Source: Bacilli bacterium
Lineage (GTDB): Bacteria > Bacillota_I > Bacilli_A > JBKEDG01
NCBI GenBank assembly: GCA_047975285.1
Contig: JBKEDG010000061.1
Coordinates: 8,808 to 72,807 of the forward strand
Length of the DNA stretch: 64,000 nt
Direction: 5' to 3'
Shown: in pieces, positions 38,022-47,945 of the stretch
Layout of the letters: each line of letters starts with the position of its first letter
Position numbering within the stretch: the first letter of the stretch is position 1
The notes under the pieces: generated by a model
Database searches by the model: none
The model's input: the letters and a program-made list of their open reading frames with translations, nothing else
Told to the model about the DNA's origin: nothing
Made by a program: the position numbers and the translations under genes

Positions 38022-38768
38022 TTATAGTGCCTCCTCATCTTTATATACACCAAGTGGGTAATACGCAATCATATGCTCTCTTAACCAATCCATTGAGTCA
38101 ACTGCACTCATTCCCCAACCAATGTTACAAGTTCCCAGTACTTCAACTAAACTAAAACCTTTGCCTGCCAATTGATTCTCAAACGCTTTCTTAATCGCTT
38201 TTTTAGCTTTTCTAACGTTAGCAGGTCCATCAGCACTTACACGCTCAATATATCTAGCTCCTGGAATTGTAGCAAGCATTTCACTTATTTTAAGTGGTAA
38301 TCCTGCCTCACTTACAGATCTACCATATGGAGAAGTAGTAGTAACTTGTCCCTCAAGAGTAGTTGGAGCCATTTGCCCACCAGTCATTCCATAAATTGCG
38401 TTATTTACAAAAATCACAGTGATATTTTCGCTTCTATGCGCTGCATGGACTATTTCAGCAGCACCTATTGATGCTAAATCTCCATCTCCTTGATAAGTAA
38501 AAATAACTTTTTCTGGATGAATTCTCTTTAAACCAGTTGCTACAGCTGGTGCTCTACCATGTGCTGAACTTATTCCATCACAATTAAAGAATTCATTACA
38601 AAAAACACTACAACCAACACTTGCAACACTTATTGTATTATCTAAAACTCCTAATTCTACTAGTACTTCAGCAACTAATTTATGCACAATACCATGTGTA
38701 CATCCTGGACAATAAGACAATTCTTTATTAGTAAGCCCACTTGACTTTTCAAATATCATATTACTCAT
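38022..38768 (-). CDS. 2-oxoacid:ferredoxin oxidoreductase beta subunit (TPP-binding)
   Basis: 248 aa; CPGCTHGIV and GDGDLASIG TPP-binding motifs. Confidence 0.85.
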   Translation of the reverse strand: MSNMIFEKSSGLTNKELSYCPGCTHGIVHKLVAEVLVELGVLDNTISVASVGCSVFCNEFFNCDGISSAHGRAPAVATGLKRIHPEKVIFTYQGDGDLASIGAAEIVHAAHRSENITVIFVNNAIYGMTGGQMAPTTLEGQVTTTSPYGRSVSEAGLPLKISEMLATIPGARYIERVSADGPANVRKAKKAIKKAFENQLAGKGFSLVEVLGTCNIGWGMSAVDSMDWLREHMIAYYPLGVYKDEEAL

Positions 38769-39843
38769 TAATACTCGCCCCCATATCTAATAAAATTTTA
38801 TCTTCAATTTCTTCAACTGTAAACATATTACCACCAGTTCTTCCATAGAAAGAAACTGCTCTTTTACCGTTATTAGCAATTTTTACATCATCTATCATTT
38901 GCCCACAACTATATTCAGCAACAAGAAGTTTTTCAACATTATCACTTAACTGATCAAATGCAACTTGTGGAAATGGTTTTAATGTAATCGGGCGAATTAA
39001 TCCTACTTTAATTCCTTTATTTCTTAAATTATCTACAGCGTTACGAACAACTCGTGAAGCTGATCCATACGAAACAACTACTAATTGTGCATCATCACAT
39101 AAATAAGATTCATGTAATTGTTCAGAATTCATCTTTGCATACTTTTTTTGTAAATGCATGTTATGTGCTTCTAATTCGTTTACATCTAAATGTAGTGAAC
39201 TTACAATATGTTGCTCACGATTTTTTGTACCTTCTTCTAAACTCCAAGATCTATTATCAATATTCTCATACGGAGAATCATTAATTTCAACTGGTTCCAT
39301 CATTTGACACAGCATTCCATCAGCTAAAACAATTGAAGGTGTACGATACTTTTCAGCCAAGTAAAATGCCTTTTGTGTTAAATCAGCTAACTCTTGCAAA
39401 TTAGAAGGTGCTAGTACTAGACACTGATAATCTCCGTTTCCTCCTCCTCTTGTCGCTTGAAAATAATCAGATTGTGATGGTAAAATCCCACCTAACCCAG
39501 GTCCACTTCTAGATATTGATGCAATAACACAAGGTAATTCAGCTGCAGCTAAATATGAGATACCTTCCTGCTTTAAAGCAATTCCTGGTGATGATGATGA
39601 AGTCATAACGCGTTTACCAGTAGCTGCTCCACCATAGACCATGTTAATTGCAGCAACTTCACTCTCAGACTGAACAAACACTCCACCAATTTTTGGTAAT
39701 TCACGAGACATATATTCTGGAACTTCATTTTGTGGTGTTATCGGATAACCAAAGAAGTATTTACATTCTGCCTTTATTGCTGCTTCACATAAAACTTCTG
39801 CACCTTTCATTAACTTTCTAGCCATTCTTTTCACCTCTTTCAA
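38761..39843 (-). CDS. 2-oxoacid:ferredoxin oxidoreductase alpha subunit
   Basis: 360 aa; pyruvate-flavodoxin oxidoreductase core domain (FGYPITPQNEV..., transketolase-like C-terminal domain). Confidence 0.85.
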   Translation of the reverse strand: MKEVKRMARKLMKGAEVLCEAAIKAECKYFFGYPITPQNEVPEYMSRELPKIGGVFVQSESEVAAINMVYGGAATGKRVMTSSSSPGIALKQEGISYLAAAELPCVIASISRSGPGLGGILPSQSDYFQATRGGGNGDYQCLVLAPSNLQELADLTQKAFYLAEKYRTPSIVLADGMLCQMMEPVEINDSPYENIDNRSWSLEEGTKNREQHIVSSLHLDVNELEAHNMHLQKKYAKMNSEQLHESYLCDDAQLVVVSYGSASRVVRNAVDNLRNKGIKVGLIRPITLKPFPQVAFDQLSDNVEKLLVAEYSCGQMIDDVKIANNGKRAVSFYGRTGGNMFTVEEIEDKILLDMGASINE

Positions 39844-40060
39844 TTGTGATCACACTATCTGGACACATAATAGCACAGTTAGAACATCCAATACATTTTT
39901 CTGGTTCCACTATTTCTGCAGGATTATAACCTTTTACATTAACCGTACTTTTGTCAAGTGCTAAAATGTTAACTGGACAAGCCACAATACATAACTCACA
40001 CCCTTTACATTTCTCAATTTCAAAAAACAATTTTCCTTTTGCCATACTTTCTCCTCTCAA
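39818..40060 (-). CDS. 2-oxoacid:ferredoxin oxidoreductase delta subunit (2x[4Fe-4S] ferredoxin)
   Basis: 80 aa; two CxxCxxCxxxCP motifs (CKGCELCIVACP / CIGCSNCAIMCP). Confidence 0.85.
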   Translation of the reverse strand: MRGESMAKGKLFFEIEKCKGCELCIVACPVNILALDKSTVNVKGYNPAEIVEPEKCIGCSNCAIMCPDSVITIERGEKNG

Positions 40061-40722
40061 TTTTTATCTTTTTCTAATAAAAATTCAAAAACTTCTATCC
40101 TCTTACCTTCAAGACCATTACATTGTAATTTACTATCAAGTAAGTAATATTCAATATTGAGATCATACTTAGAATTTAAAACAATTTGTTGTGCACGTAT
40201 CATATCATCACAATTTGAATATTGCATTAGATGACTATTGTTGACAATACCAGTTATTTGGAGTTTACTATAGTTATTAATGTATCCAATTTTGCTATTG
40301 AAACTCTCTACATCCATATTTCCTTCACGATTAGCATTGATTACATAAAGAAAATTGTAAACCCCATTATTTCTATCAACTAAATCTTCTAAAAATGATG
40401 GTATCATTCTTAATCCCACTTCACTTCCAGCAAGATCTAAGATTAAATGATTATTTTCATCATTAATTGCATTATAAAAATTAGGAGCAAAATGTGGTAC
40501 ATCTGTATTAGCATTTGATCCTAATATGTTACCAAGCAATTCAATTCCATAATCATTAAGCGTTTTCTCTCTTTCTCTAGATCTAAAATATACATTTACT
40601 ACATCTAAATCAGCAACGTAAATTTTTTTATCTGTATTCTTACTCAAATATAAAGCATACTGCAACGTAAACTCACTCTTACCACTTCCGTATAAGCCAG
40701 TTATAATTGTAATTTGGGCCAT
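40057..40722 (-). CDS. uncharacterised P-loop NTPase (Walker A GLYGSGKS, DxxG-type Walker B LILDLAGSE), first gene of the OFOR operon
   Basis: 221 aa; MAQITIITGLYGSGKSEFTLQYALYL ... HLILDLAGSEVG; stop overlaps the delta subunit start; own terminator-bounded transcription unit start upstream. Confidence 0.55.
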   Translation of the reverse strand: MAQITIITGLYGSGKSEFTLQYALYLSKNTDKKIYVADLDVVNVYFRSREREKTLNDYGIELLGNILGSNANTDVPHFAPNFYNAINDENNHLILDLAGSEVGLRMIPSFLEDLVDRNNGVYNFLYVINANREGNMDVESFNSKIGYINNYSKLQITGIVNNSHLMQYSNCDDMIRAQQIVLNSKYDLNIEYYLLDSKLQCNGLEGKRIEVFEFLLEKDKN

Positions 40723-40793
40723 TAAATACCACCTCTATACTTATTATACCATATAGAAAGTAAATTTGTTAAGTTAATATTTCAAATACAACT

Positions 40794-40820
40794 GAAAAAA
40801 GCGTGAAAATAATCACGCTT
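40794..40820 (-). terminator. intrinsic terminator after miaA
   Basis: Minus strand AGCGUGA-UUAUUU-UCACGCU followed by UUUUUUC (plus aaaaaagcgtgaaaataatcacgct). Confidence 0.65.
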
Positions 40821-40828
40821 CCATAACT

Positions 40829-41671
40829 TTAACCTTTTTTATCACCATTGTAATCAAGAATATCAATCCATCTTGCATCCATCTGATTTTTAAACCATGT
40901 ATATTGTTTTTTTGCATATCTTCTTGAATTACGCTTTACTAATCTTACTGCCTCAACTAAATCTATATCTCCATTCAAATATTGTTCAAACTCCTTATAT
41001 CCTATTGCTTTCATCGATTGCATTGAAAAGTTTGCACCTTGATTAATAAGACTTCTAATCTCATCTAATAATCCTGCTTCTAGCATTCTATCAACTCTTT
41101 GATTAATTCTATCATAAAGAAAAGTTCTTTCCATTGTTAAGACATAAATATCGCAATCATACAGCAAATCTCCAATCGGTTTAATTTTATCTCCACTTTC
41201 AATTGCCCTTATCAACCTAATACGATTATTAATATGAATATTCTTCGCACGTTCTTTATCAATTCCTTTTAATACTTCCATAAGTTCCTCATTAGAATAA
41301 TTTGAGAAATCTTTATGTTCAATCTCACAAAAGTTATAATCATATAGAATTGTTTTTAAATAGTAGCCACTACCACCAACGAGAATTGCCACCTTACCCT
41401 TATCATTAATTTCTTTAATCTTATCTCTTGCAAGTTTTTGATATGTTGCTACACTTAATTCTTGATTAAAATCTAAAAATGAAAATAAATGATGCTCAAT
41501 TCCAGACATTTCATCCCTACTAATCTTAGCCGATCCAATATTTAATTGCTTATATACTTGATAAGCATCGCCATTAATTATTTCACCATTAACTTTTTTG
41601 GCCAATTGGATACTAAAATCTGTTTTACCAACACCAGTCGGACCTGCTACTACAATTAACTTCTTCATCAT
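40829..41671 (-). CDS. miaA: tRNA dimethylallyltransferase
   Basis: 280 aa; P-loop VVAGPTGVGKTDFSIQLA and MiaA core. Confidence 0.9.
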   Translation of the reverse strand: MMKKLIVVAGPTGVGKTDFSIQLAKKVNGEIINGDAYQVYKQLNIGSAKISRDEMSGIEHHLFSFLDFNQELSVATYQKLARDKIKEINDKGKVAILVGGSGYYLKTILYDYNFCEIEHKDFSNYSNEELMEVLKGIDKERAKNIHINNRIRLIRAIESGDKIKPIGDLLYDCDIYVLTMERTFLYDRINQRVDRMLEAGLLDEIRSLINQGANFSMQSMKAIGYKEFEQYLNGDIDLVEAVRLVKRNSRRYAKKQYTWFKNQMDARWIDILDYNGDKKG

Positions 41672-43404
41672 ATTACCCTCATAAACATTTTTTCTATTTC
41701 TTGAATTGAAAGTGTTACAATAATTGGCCTCCCGTGAGGACAGTGATATGGATTATTACACTCAAAAAGTTTGTCAATTATATGTTCCATTTCTTGAAGT
41801 GAAAGCATCGTATTAGCTTTCAAACTCTCTTTACAGCTCATAAGTTCAATTAGTTCATCTTTAATATCAAGTAGCTCAATTGGTTCTGATTTTAAAATTT
41901 TCTCAATAATCAACTCAATAGTTTCTTTTTCAAAATCGGTTTCAATCCACGACGGCACACAACGAACAATAAAATCATTATTACCAAACTCTTTAATGTC
42001 AATTTTAAGTTCTTTAAGTTTATGAATATTATCTTTAATAACTAAAGACTCTTCTAGAGACAATGTTATAACTACTGGAATAACTAGTTCGCTTAACTTA
42101 ACTTTTGACTCTATAAATATCATTTGGTTTTTTTCATAGTTTATTCTTTCCATTGCAGCGTGCTGATCAATTAAAACCAGTTCTGAATCGTTTTGTGCTA
42201 AAATATAAGTTTTAAAAAACTGGCCAATCGGTTCATATAATTTTTTAGAGTGTTTTACATTTTTTTTCTCATCATATGTTTCAGTTGGTTCAAGGATAAT
42301 ATTATTTATTAATTTTTTTTTCATTTTCTCTTCAATAATTTCGCTATAATTATAATCAATATCTCTAATTAAATTAAGAGGTTGCATTTCCTTATTTTTT
42401 TGAACATACTCAATTTTATGAGAGTTTTTACCAAGAAATTCTCTTAAAAGTTTTTCGATACTAATCTTTATTTCATCTTCTTTTGAAAATTTAATCTCAT
42501 ATTTATTTGGATGAATATTTACATCAATAAGCTCTGGCTCAATTCCAATATTTATAATACAAAATGGGTACCTATTTTTTGGTAAAAAATCTTTGAAACT
42601 TTCAAGGATTACTTTTTCAATAATGTTAGAGTTTATTACTCTTTTATTTACAAAAATATTTATATAACTCTTACTAGCTCGTTGAAAACTGGGTTTAGCT
42701 ACAATTATATTTAAATTGAAATCATTTTCACAAACACTTAATTCTTGTAATTCTCTAGCAATTTCAATTGAGTACAAGTCACGAATAGTCTTTATTATAT
42801 TTCCACTACCACTTGTTTCTAGTAAACTTTTACTATCATTACTAAGTTTAAAAACTATGCTAGGATTAGCTAAAGCACTTTTTCTAATATATTCTACGAT
42901 TTTTGCAGTTTCCATATATAGATTTTTAATGTATTTTAATCTAGCTGGCGTATTATAAAAAAGTTTAGTAATATTAATGGCAGTTCCCTTCCTAAATTCA
43001 CCCCTAATATTTTTAAGTACTTTTCCTGATTCTATTTCCAAGCAACTACTTTCTTTCCCATCACAAGTTTCTATGACAAGTTTGCTAACTTCTGCAATAG
43101 AACTTAGTGCTTCACCTCTAAAACCCAATGTAGCAATTTTATACAACATTTCATCACTTGTTAATTTACTACTCGCATGTCTTTTTGTACACATTAGAAC
43201 ATCATTATTATCCATACCATCGCCATCATCAACTACACTTATATAGTCAATACCACCATTTTTTAATGCAATATAAATTTTTTTACTATTTGCATCAATA
43301 CTGTTCTCAACCAATTCTTTAACTACACTTAACGGTCTTTCAACTACCTCGCCAGCAGCAATTTTATTAGCTAGGCTATCACTCATTATTTTTATTTGTC
43401 CCAT
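41668..43404 (-). CDS. mutL: DNA mismatch repair protein MutL (endonuclease type)
   Basis: 578 aa; GHKL ATPase N-terminus (ANKIAAGEVVERPLSVVKELVENSIDA), endonuclease motif DQHAAMERINYE, C-terminal CPHGRP. Confidence 0.9.
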   Translation of the reverse strand: MGQIKIMSDSLANKIAAGEVVERPLSVVKELVENSIDANSKKIYIALKNGGIDYISVVDDGDGMDNNDVLMCTKRHASSKLTSDEMLYKIATLGFRGEALSSIAEVSKLVIETCDGKESSCLEIESGKVLKNIRGEFRKGTAINITKLFYNTPARLKYIKNLYMETAKIVEYIRKSALANPSIVFKLSNDSKSLLETSGSGNIIKTIRDLYSIEIARELQELSVCENDFNLNIIVAKPSFQRASKSYINIFVNKRVINSNIIEKVILESFKDFLPKNRYPFCIINIGIEPELIDVNIHPNKYEIKFSKEDEIKISIEKLLREFLGKNSHKIEYVQKNKEMQPLNLIRDIDYNYSEIIEEKMKKKLINNIILEPTETYDEKKNVKHSKKLYEPIGQFFKTYILAQNDSELVLIDQHAAMERINYEKNQMIFIESKVKLSELVIPVVITLSLEESLVIKDNIHKLKELKIDIKEFGNNDFIVRCVPSWIETDFEKETIELIIEKILKSEPIELLDIKDELIELMSCKESLKANTMLSLQEMEHIIDKLFECNNPYHCPHGRPIIVTLSIQEIEKMFMRVI

Positions 43405-43446
43405 ATTAATCTCCTTACAAAAAAATAACTAGCAAGACTAATTATT

Positions 43447-43959
43447 TTAAATTTTCTTATAATATCCTAAAGCAATCTCATCAGAAAATGGAAAAACATT
43501 TTTTTTATACAAATTAATTACATAATCTAAAGTTTCAAAGGCAATTTTTTCTATTTTTCTGGAATATTCCATAGAAAACTTATGGCAATAAAATTCATTT
43601 ATATCCATAATTTTGTATTTACCATTTTTGAAAGTTTTAAGATCTAAATCATAATCAATATATTTTATCGCTCCATTATCAAACACGCATGGACTACTTA
43701 TATTTGTATAGTAATATACTCCATCATTTCTAAGCATTGCAATTACATTGAACCATTCCTTATAAAAGAAATATAGTATTGCAGGTTCCTTTGTATACCA
43801 TACCCGTTTCGTAGATTCAACAACCTTAGTATTTTTAGTACAAACAACAATCTTTTTATCATCAACCTCAATAACTTTAGCATTTTTCCATATACGATGG
43901 ATATTTCCATTGTGCTTAAATGACATTATTTTTACTATATCATCTTTTTTAATGTTCAC
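43447..43959 (-). CDS. DUF402-family protein (B. subtilis YgaC / nucleoside tri- and diphosphatase Ntdp-like)
   Basis: 170 aa; KEPAILYFFYKEWFNVIAMLRND and YIDYDLDLK parallel YgaC ([22 protein letters not shown] ... YIDYDLDVK); start codon is GTG or an internal ATG. Confidence 0.65.
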   Translation of the reverse strand: MNIKKDDIVKIMSFKHNGNIHRIWKNAKVIEVDDKKIVVCTKNTKVVESTKRVWYTKEPAILYFFYKEWFNVIAMLRNDGVYYYTNISSPCVFDNGAIKYIDYDLDLKTFKNGKYKIMDINEFYCHKFSMEYSRKIEKIAFETLDYVINLYKKNVFPFSDEIALGYYKKI

Positions 43960-44272
43960 AAAAAATCACATCCTATTTAATTGTACCACATTTTTTATCA
44001 GATATCTAATAAATCATTTAAAAAATCAAGTAAAAAGTAAAAAATAAAGAAATAATTTTACCATAATTTATTTTTTTATCCACGAAATAGGAAAGATTTC
44101 ATATCGATGCTTATTGATTATACTATTTTAACCTAATAACCCAAACTGCACATTATCGTGTAAATTATATCCAAAATAAATAAAATATATCATAGGAAAT
44201 TATTTTAATTTAAAAGGCAGCCTATATTAAGTGTATAAATTTATATAACAAACTTTTATAAAATAACATATT

Positions 44273-44304
44273 AAAAAGACCATCGATTTGTTTATCGACA
44301 GTCT
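44273..44304 (-). terminator. intrinsic terminator after the PFOR gene
   Basis: Minus strand AGAC-UG-UCGAU-AAACAA-AUCGA-UG-GUCU followed by UUUUU (plus aaaaagaccatcgatttgtttatcgacagtct). Confidence 0.5.
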
Positions 44305-44321
44305 AATCTAACTTCTTTTTA

Positions 44322-47300
44322 TTAATACTCAAGTGATGCTAAACGCATATAATAATTGTAACGTTTCTTAGCTTCTTTCATATTAGCCTCTAACAACATT
44401 TCTACTTTATCAGGATTAATTGTATTTAAAGCAGCATATCTATTCTCACTTAATAAATGATCTTTATATACAGCCCAGTTTGGTTCTTTACAATCAAGAA
44501 CTAGTGGGTTTTTACCTTCTTCTTCAAGAGCAGGATTATATCTAAATGTTAACCAATATCCAGCATCAACTGCCTGTTTTTCTTGAGAGATAGAATTACC
44601 CAGTCCACCTTTAATTTGATGTGCTATACAAGGAGAATAAGCAATTACAATTGAAGGTCCTTTATGCTCCTCAGCCTCTTTAATCGCTTTTAAGAACTGA
44701 TTTTGATTATGACCAATTGCACATTGAGCAACATAAACATGTCCATAACTCATAGCAATTGCTGCTAAATCTTTTTTCTTGCCATTTTTACCTGCAGCAG
44801 TAAAGGCAGCAATTGAACCAGTCTGAGAAGATTTTGAACTTTGTCCTCCTGTATTTGAATACACTTCTGTATCCAGAACAAGAATATTAATATCCATATT
44901 ATTGGCAATAACATGATCTAAACCACCGTAACCAATGTCGTAAGCCCATCCGTCTCCACCAAAAGCCCAAACAGATTTCTTAACAATTTGATCTTCATGT
45001 TCTAGAATAGAATTTGCCCACGTTGAACCGTTTTCTTTAAGTAATCTTACTAACTCAGGTCTAACTTTTAATGTAGTTTCTGCATCATTTCTATTGTTAA
45101 TCCACTCTTTCATAACAACTTGTAAATCATTACTTGCACTTGACATATTTTCTTCCATAAATCTATGTATTTTATTTCTTAATGTTTCACTTGCAACTGC
45201 CATCCCAAATCCAAACTCAGCGTTATCTTCAAATAAAGAATTTGCCCACGCTGGTCCATGACCATCATGATTTGTTGTATAAGGAGTAACCGGAGCACTA
45301 CCACCATATATAGAAGAACATCCCGTAGCATTTGCAATAATCATTCTATCACCAAATAACTGTGTAACAGCTTTAATATATGGAGTTTCTCCACAACCTG
45401 CACAAGCACCTGAGAATTCAAATAATGGCTTAGCAAACTGTGATCCTTTTACGCTATTTAAACCATAAACATCTGTTTTAACACTTACATTATTAGTATC
45501 GAATAAATAATCCGTATTTACAATTTCATGTTTTTCTTCATCAATTGGAGTCATTTCAAGCGCTTTAACACCTTTCTTCCCAGGACAAACATTAACACAA
45601 ACTTTACATCCTGTACAATCTAGTGTTGAAACTTGAATTCTGTATTGTAAATCAGCAGCATCTTTACCTATTGCATTTAGTGTTGCAAATTCTTGTGGTG
45701 CGTTTTTCACTTCTTCAGGTGTTAAAAGCACAGGACGAATAACTGCATGCGGACAAACATACGCACATTGATTACATTGAATACAATTATCCTCTATCCA
45801 ATTTGGAACAAAGTCAGCAATACCACGTTTTTCATAAGCAGTTGTACCTACCTCAAATGTACCATTTTCATATCCTTCAAAAACACTTACTGGTAAATCA
45901 TACCCCTTAATTGCATTTACAGGATCAACAATGTTTTTAACAAAATTAGGACGGTTACTATCAACAACAATCTGCTCATCTTCTAAATTAGCCCATGCTG
46001 GATCAATTTTTACTTCAACTAATTTTGAAGCGCCTGACTCAATAGCTTTTATGTTAAGTTCAACGACACTTTTCCCTTTTCTTCCATACAACTTTTCAAC
46101 GTAATCTTTCATATGTTTTTCTGCATCATTATACGGCATTATCTGTTCATTTAACTTAAAGAAGGCACTTTGCATAATCGTATTTGTTCTATTTCCTAGA
46201 CCAATTTCAAGTGCTAAATTTACAGCATCTATAATATAAAACTTAGCTTCTTTATCTGCTAATTGACGTTTTACACTATTAGGCATAAATTCAACAATTT
46301 CTTCTGGACTTTTTATAGTGTTTAAAAGGAAAGTCCCACCTTTTCTTAATCCACCAATCATATCATATTTTGCTAAATAAGCATCTCTAGAACACGACAC
46401 AAAACTTGGATGATTAACTAAATATGTACTTCTAATTGGATTATCACCAAATCTTAAATGCGAACGTGTAACACCACCTGATTTCTTTGAATCATATGCA
46501 AAATAAGCTTGCGCATATAAATCTGTTTTTTCTCCAATTATTTTAATCGTATTCTTGTTTGCACCAATAGTACCATCACTTCCAAGACCAAAGAATAAAC
46601 ATTCAGTAACATCTTTATCTGTAGCATTAAATGATTTATCTACATCTAAGCTTAGATTAGTAACATCGTCAATAATACCAACTGTAAATGGATGTTTCAT
46701 TTCTTTAGCCAAGTTATCATAAACAGCCTTCATTTGTGCTGGTGTTGTATCTTTTGAACTTAACCCGTATCTTCCACCAATTATTTGTGGTTTTGAAGTT
46801 TCTCCATTGTATAAAGCAACAATATCCAGATACAGTGGTTCTCCTAAAGAACCTGGTTCCTTAGTACGATCAAGTACAGCAATTTTATTTACAGTACTTG
46901 GAAGCGCCTTAAAGAAGTATTCCTTACTAAATGGACGGTATAAATGAACTGATAGCAATCCAACTTTACGCCCTTCTTTAGTAAGAACGTCAATTGTTTC
47001 TTTAATCGCCTCAGTAACAGACCCCATCGCTACAATAACATCCGTAGCATCTTTTTCACCATAGTATACAAATGGTGCATACTCTCTACCTGTAACTTTT
47101 GATATTTCATTCATGTAATTTGCAACAATATCAGGTACAGCATTATAATATTTGTTAGAAACTTCTCTAGTTTGGAAGTAAATATCATCGTTTTGAGCTG
47201 ACCCTCTCATAACTGGATGTTCTGGATTAAGTGCATTTGCACGATATCTCTTAACAGCATCCCAATCAAGTAAATTACGATAAACCTCATAATCCATAAC

Positions 47301-47852
47301 TTCTATTTTTTGAATCTCGTGTGAAGTTCTAAATCCGTCAAAGAAATGCATAAAAGGTACACGCCCCTTAATTGCACTTAAATGAGCAACTCCACCTAAA
47401 TCCATTGCCTCTTGAACTGAACCAGAAGCAAGCATAGCATATCCAGTCATTCTAGCAGCATAAATATCTTGGTGATCACCAAAAATTGATAGAGCTTGTG
47501 CTGCTATACTACGTGCTGAAACATGAATAACACTCGGAAGTAATTCTCCTGCCATTTTAAACATATTAGGTACTTTTAACAGTAACCCTTGTGATGCCGT
47601 GTAAGTAGTTGTAAGAGCACCAGCTTGTAAGGAACCATGAACTGTACCTGCAGCTCCCGCCTCTGATTGCATTTCAACAACATTTACAACCGAACCAAAT
47701 AAATTCTTCATTCCTTGAGAAGCCCAAACATCAACTTTTTCTGCCATTGGGCTTGAAGGTGTAATAGGATAAATACCTGCAACTTCAGTAAACGCGTACG
47801 AAGTATGAGCAGCCGCTTCATTCCCATCCATAGATCTAAATACTTTTTTCAT
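44322..47852 (-). CDS. nifJ: pyruvate:ferredoxin (flavodoxin) oxidoreductase, single-chain PFOR
   Basis: 1176 aa; fused alpha/gamma/delta/beta domains, two [4Fe-4S] ferredoxin motifs (CIQCNQCAYVCPHA / CTGCKVCVNVCPG), TPP motif GGDGWAYDIG. Confidence 0.93.
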   Translation of the reverse strand: MKKVFRSMDGNEAAAHTSYAFTEVAGIYPITPSSPMAEKVDVWASQGMKNLFGSVVNVVEMQSEAGAAGTVHGSLQAGALTTTYTASQGLLLKVPNMFKMAGELLPSVIHVSARSIAAQALSIFGDHQDIYAARMTGYAMLASGSVQEAMDLGGVAHLSAIKGRVPFMHFFDGFRTSHEIQKIEVMDYEVYRNLLDWDAVKRYRANALNPEHPVMRGSAQNDDIYFQTREVSNKYYNAVPDIVANYMNEISKVTGREYAPFVYYGEKDATDVIVAMGSVTEAIKETIDVLTKEGRKVGLLSVHLYRPFSKEYFFKALPSTVNKIAVLDRTKEPGSLGEPLYLDIVALYNGETSKPQIIGGRYGLSSKDTTPAQMKAVYDNLAKEMKHPFTVGIIDDVTNLSLDVDKSFNATDKDVTECLFFGLGSDGTIGANKNTIKIIGEKTDLYAQAYFAYDSKKSGGVTRSHLRFGDNPIRSTYLVNHPSFVSCSRDAYLAKYDMIGGLRKGGTFLLNTIKSPEEIVEFMPNSVKRQLADKEAKFYIIDAVNLALEIGLGNRTNTIMQSAFFKLNEQIMPYNDAEKHMKDYVEKLYGRKGKSVVELNIKAIESGASKLVEVKIDPAWANLEDEQIVVDSNRPNFVKNIVDPVNAIKGYDLPVSVFEGYENGTFEVGTTAYEKRGIADFVPNWIEDNCIQCNQCAYVCPHAVIRPVLLTPEEVKNAPQEFATLNAIGKDAADLQYRIQVSTLDCTGCKVCVNVCPGKKGVKALEMTPIDEEKHEIVNTDYLFDTNNVSVKTDVYGLNSVKGSQFAKPLFEFSGACAGCGETPYIKAVTQLFGDRMIIANATGCSSIYGGSAPVTPYTTNHDGHGPAWANSLFEDNAEFGFGMAVASETLRNKIHRFMEENMSSASNDLQVVMKEWINNRNDAETTLKVRPELVRLLKENGSTWANSILEHEDQIVKKSVWAFGGDGWAYDIGYGGLDHVIANNMDINILVLDTEVYSNTGGQSSKSSQTGSIAAFTAAGKNGKKKDLAAIAMSYGHVYVAQCAIGHNQNQFLKAIKEAEEHKGPSIVIAYSPCIAHQIKGGLGNSISQEKQAVDAGYWLTFRYNPALEEEGKNPLVLDCKEPNWAVYKDHLLSENRYAALNTINPDKVEMLLEANMKEAKKRYNYYMRLASLEY

Positions 47853-47945
47853 CTGTGTAGCCTCCTTTATATTCTGCTTCTAAATTATAACATATTATAC
47901 ATTAAAAATAAATACCAATGCTAACAATTGAAGTAAAAACGAAGA

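Noticed and set aside
40723-40793. Extended -10 promoter (TGgTATAAT, 40743-40751) for the P-loop NTPase/OFOR operon listed as a separate feature
   Set aside because: The implied transcript start would leave only a ~14-nt leader containing the SD. This is plausible, but the -35 is poor (TAACAA), so I mention it only within the finding.
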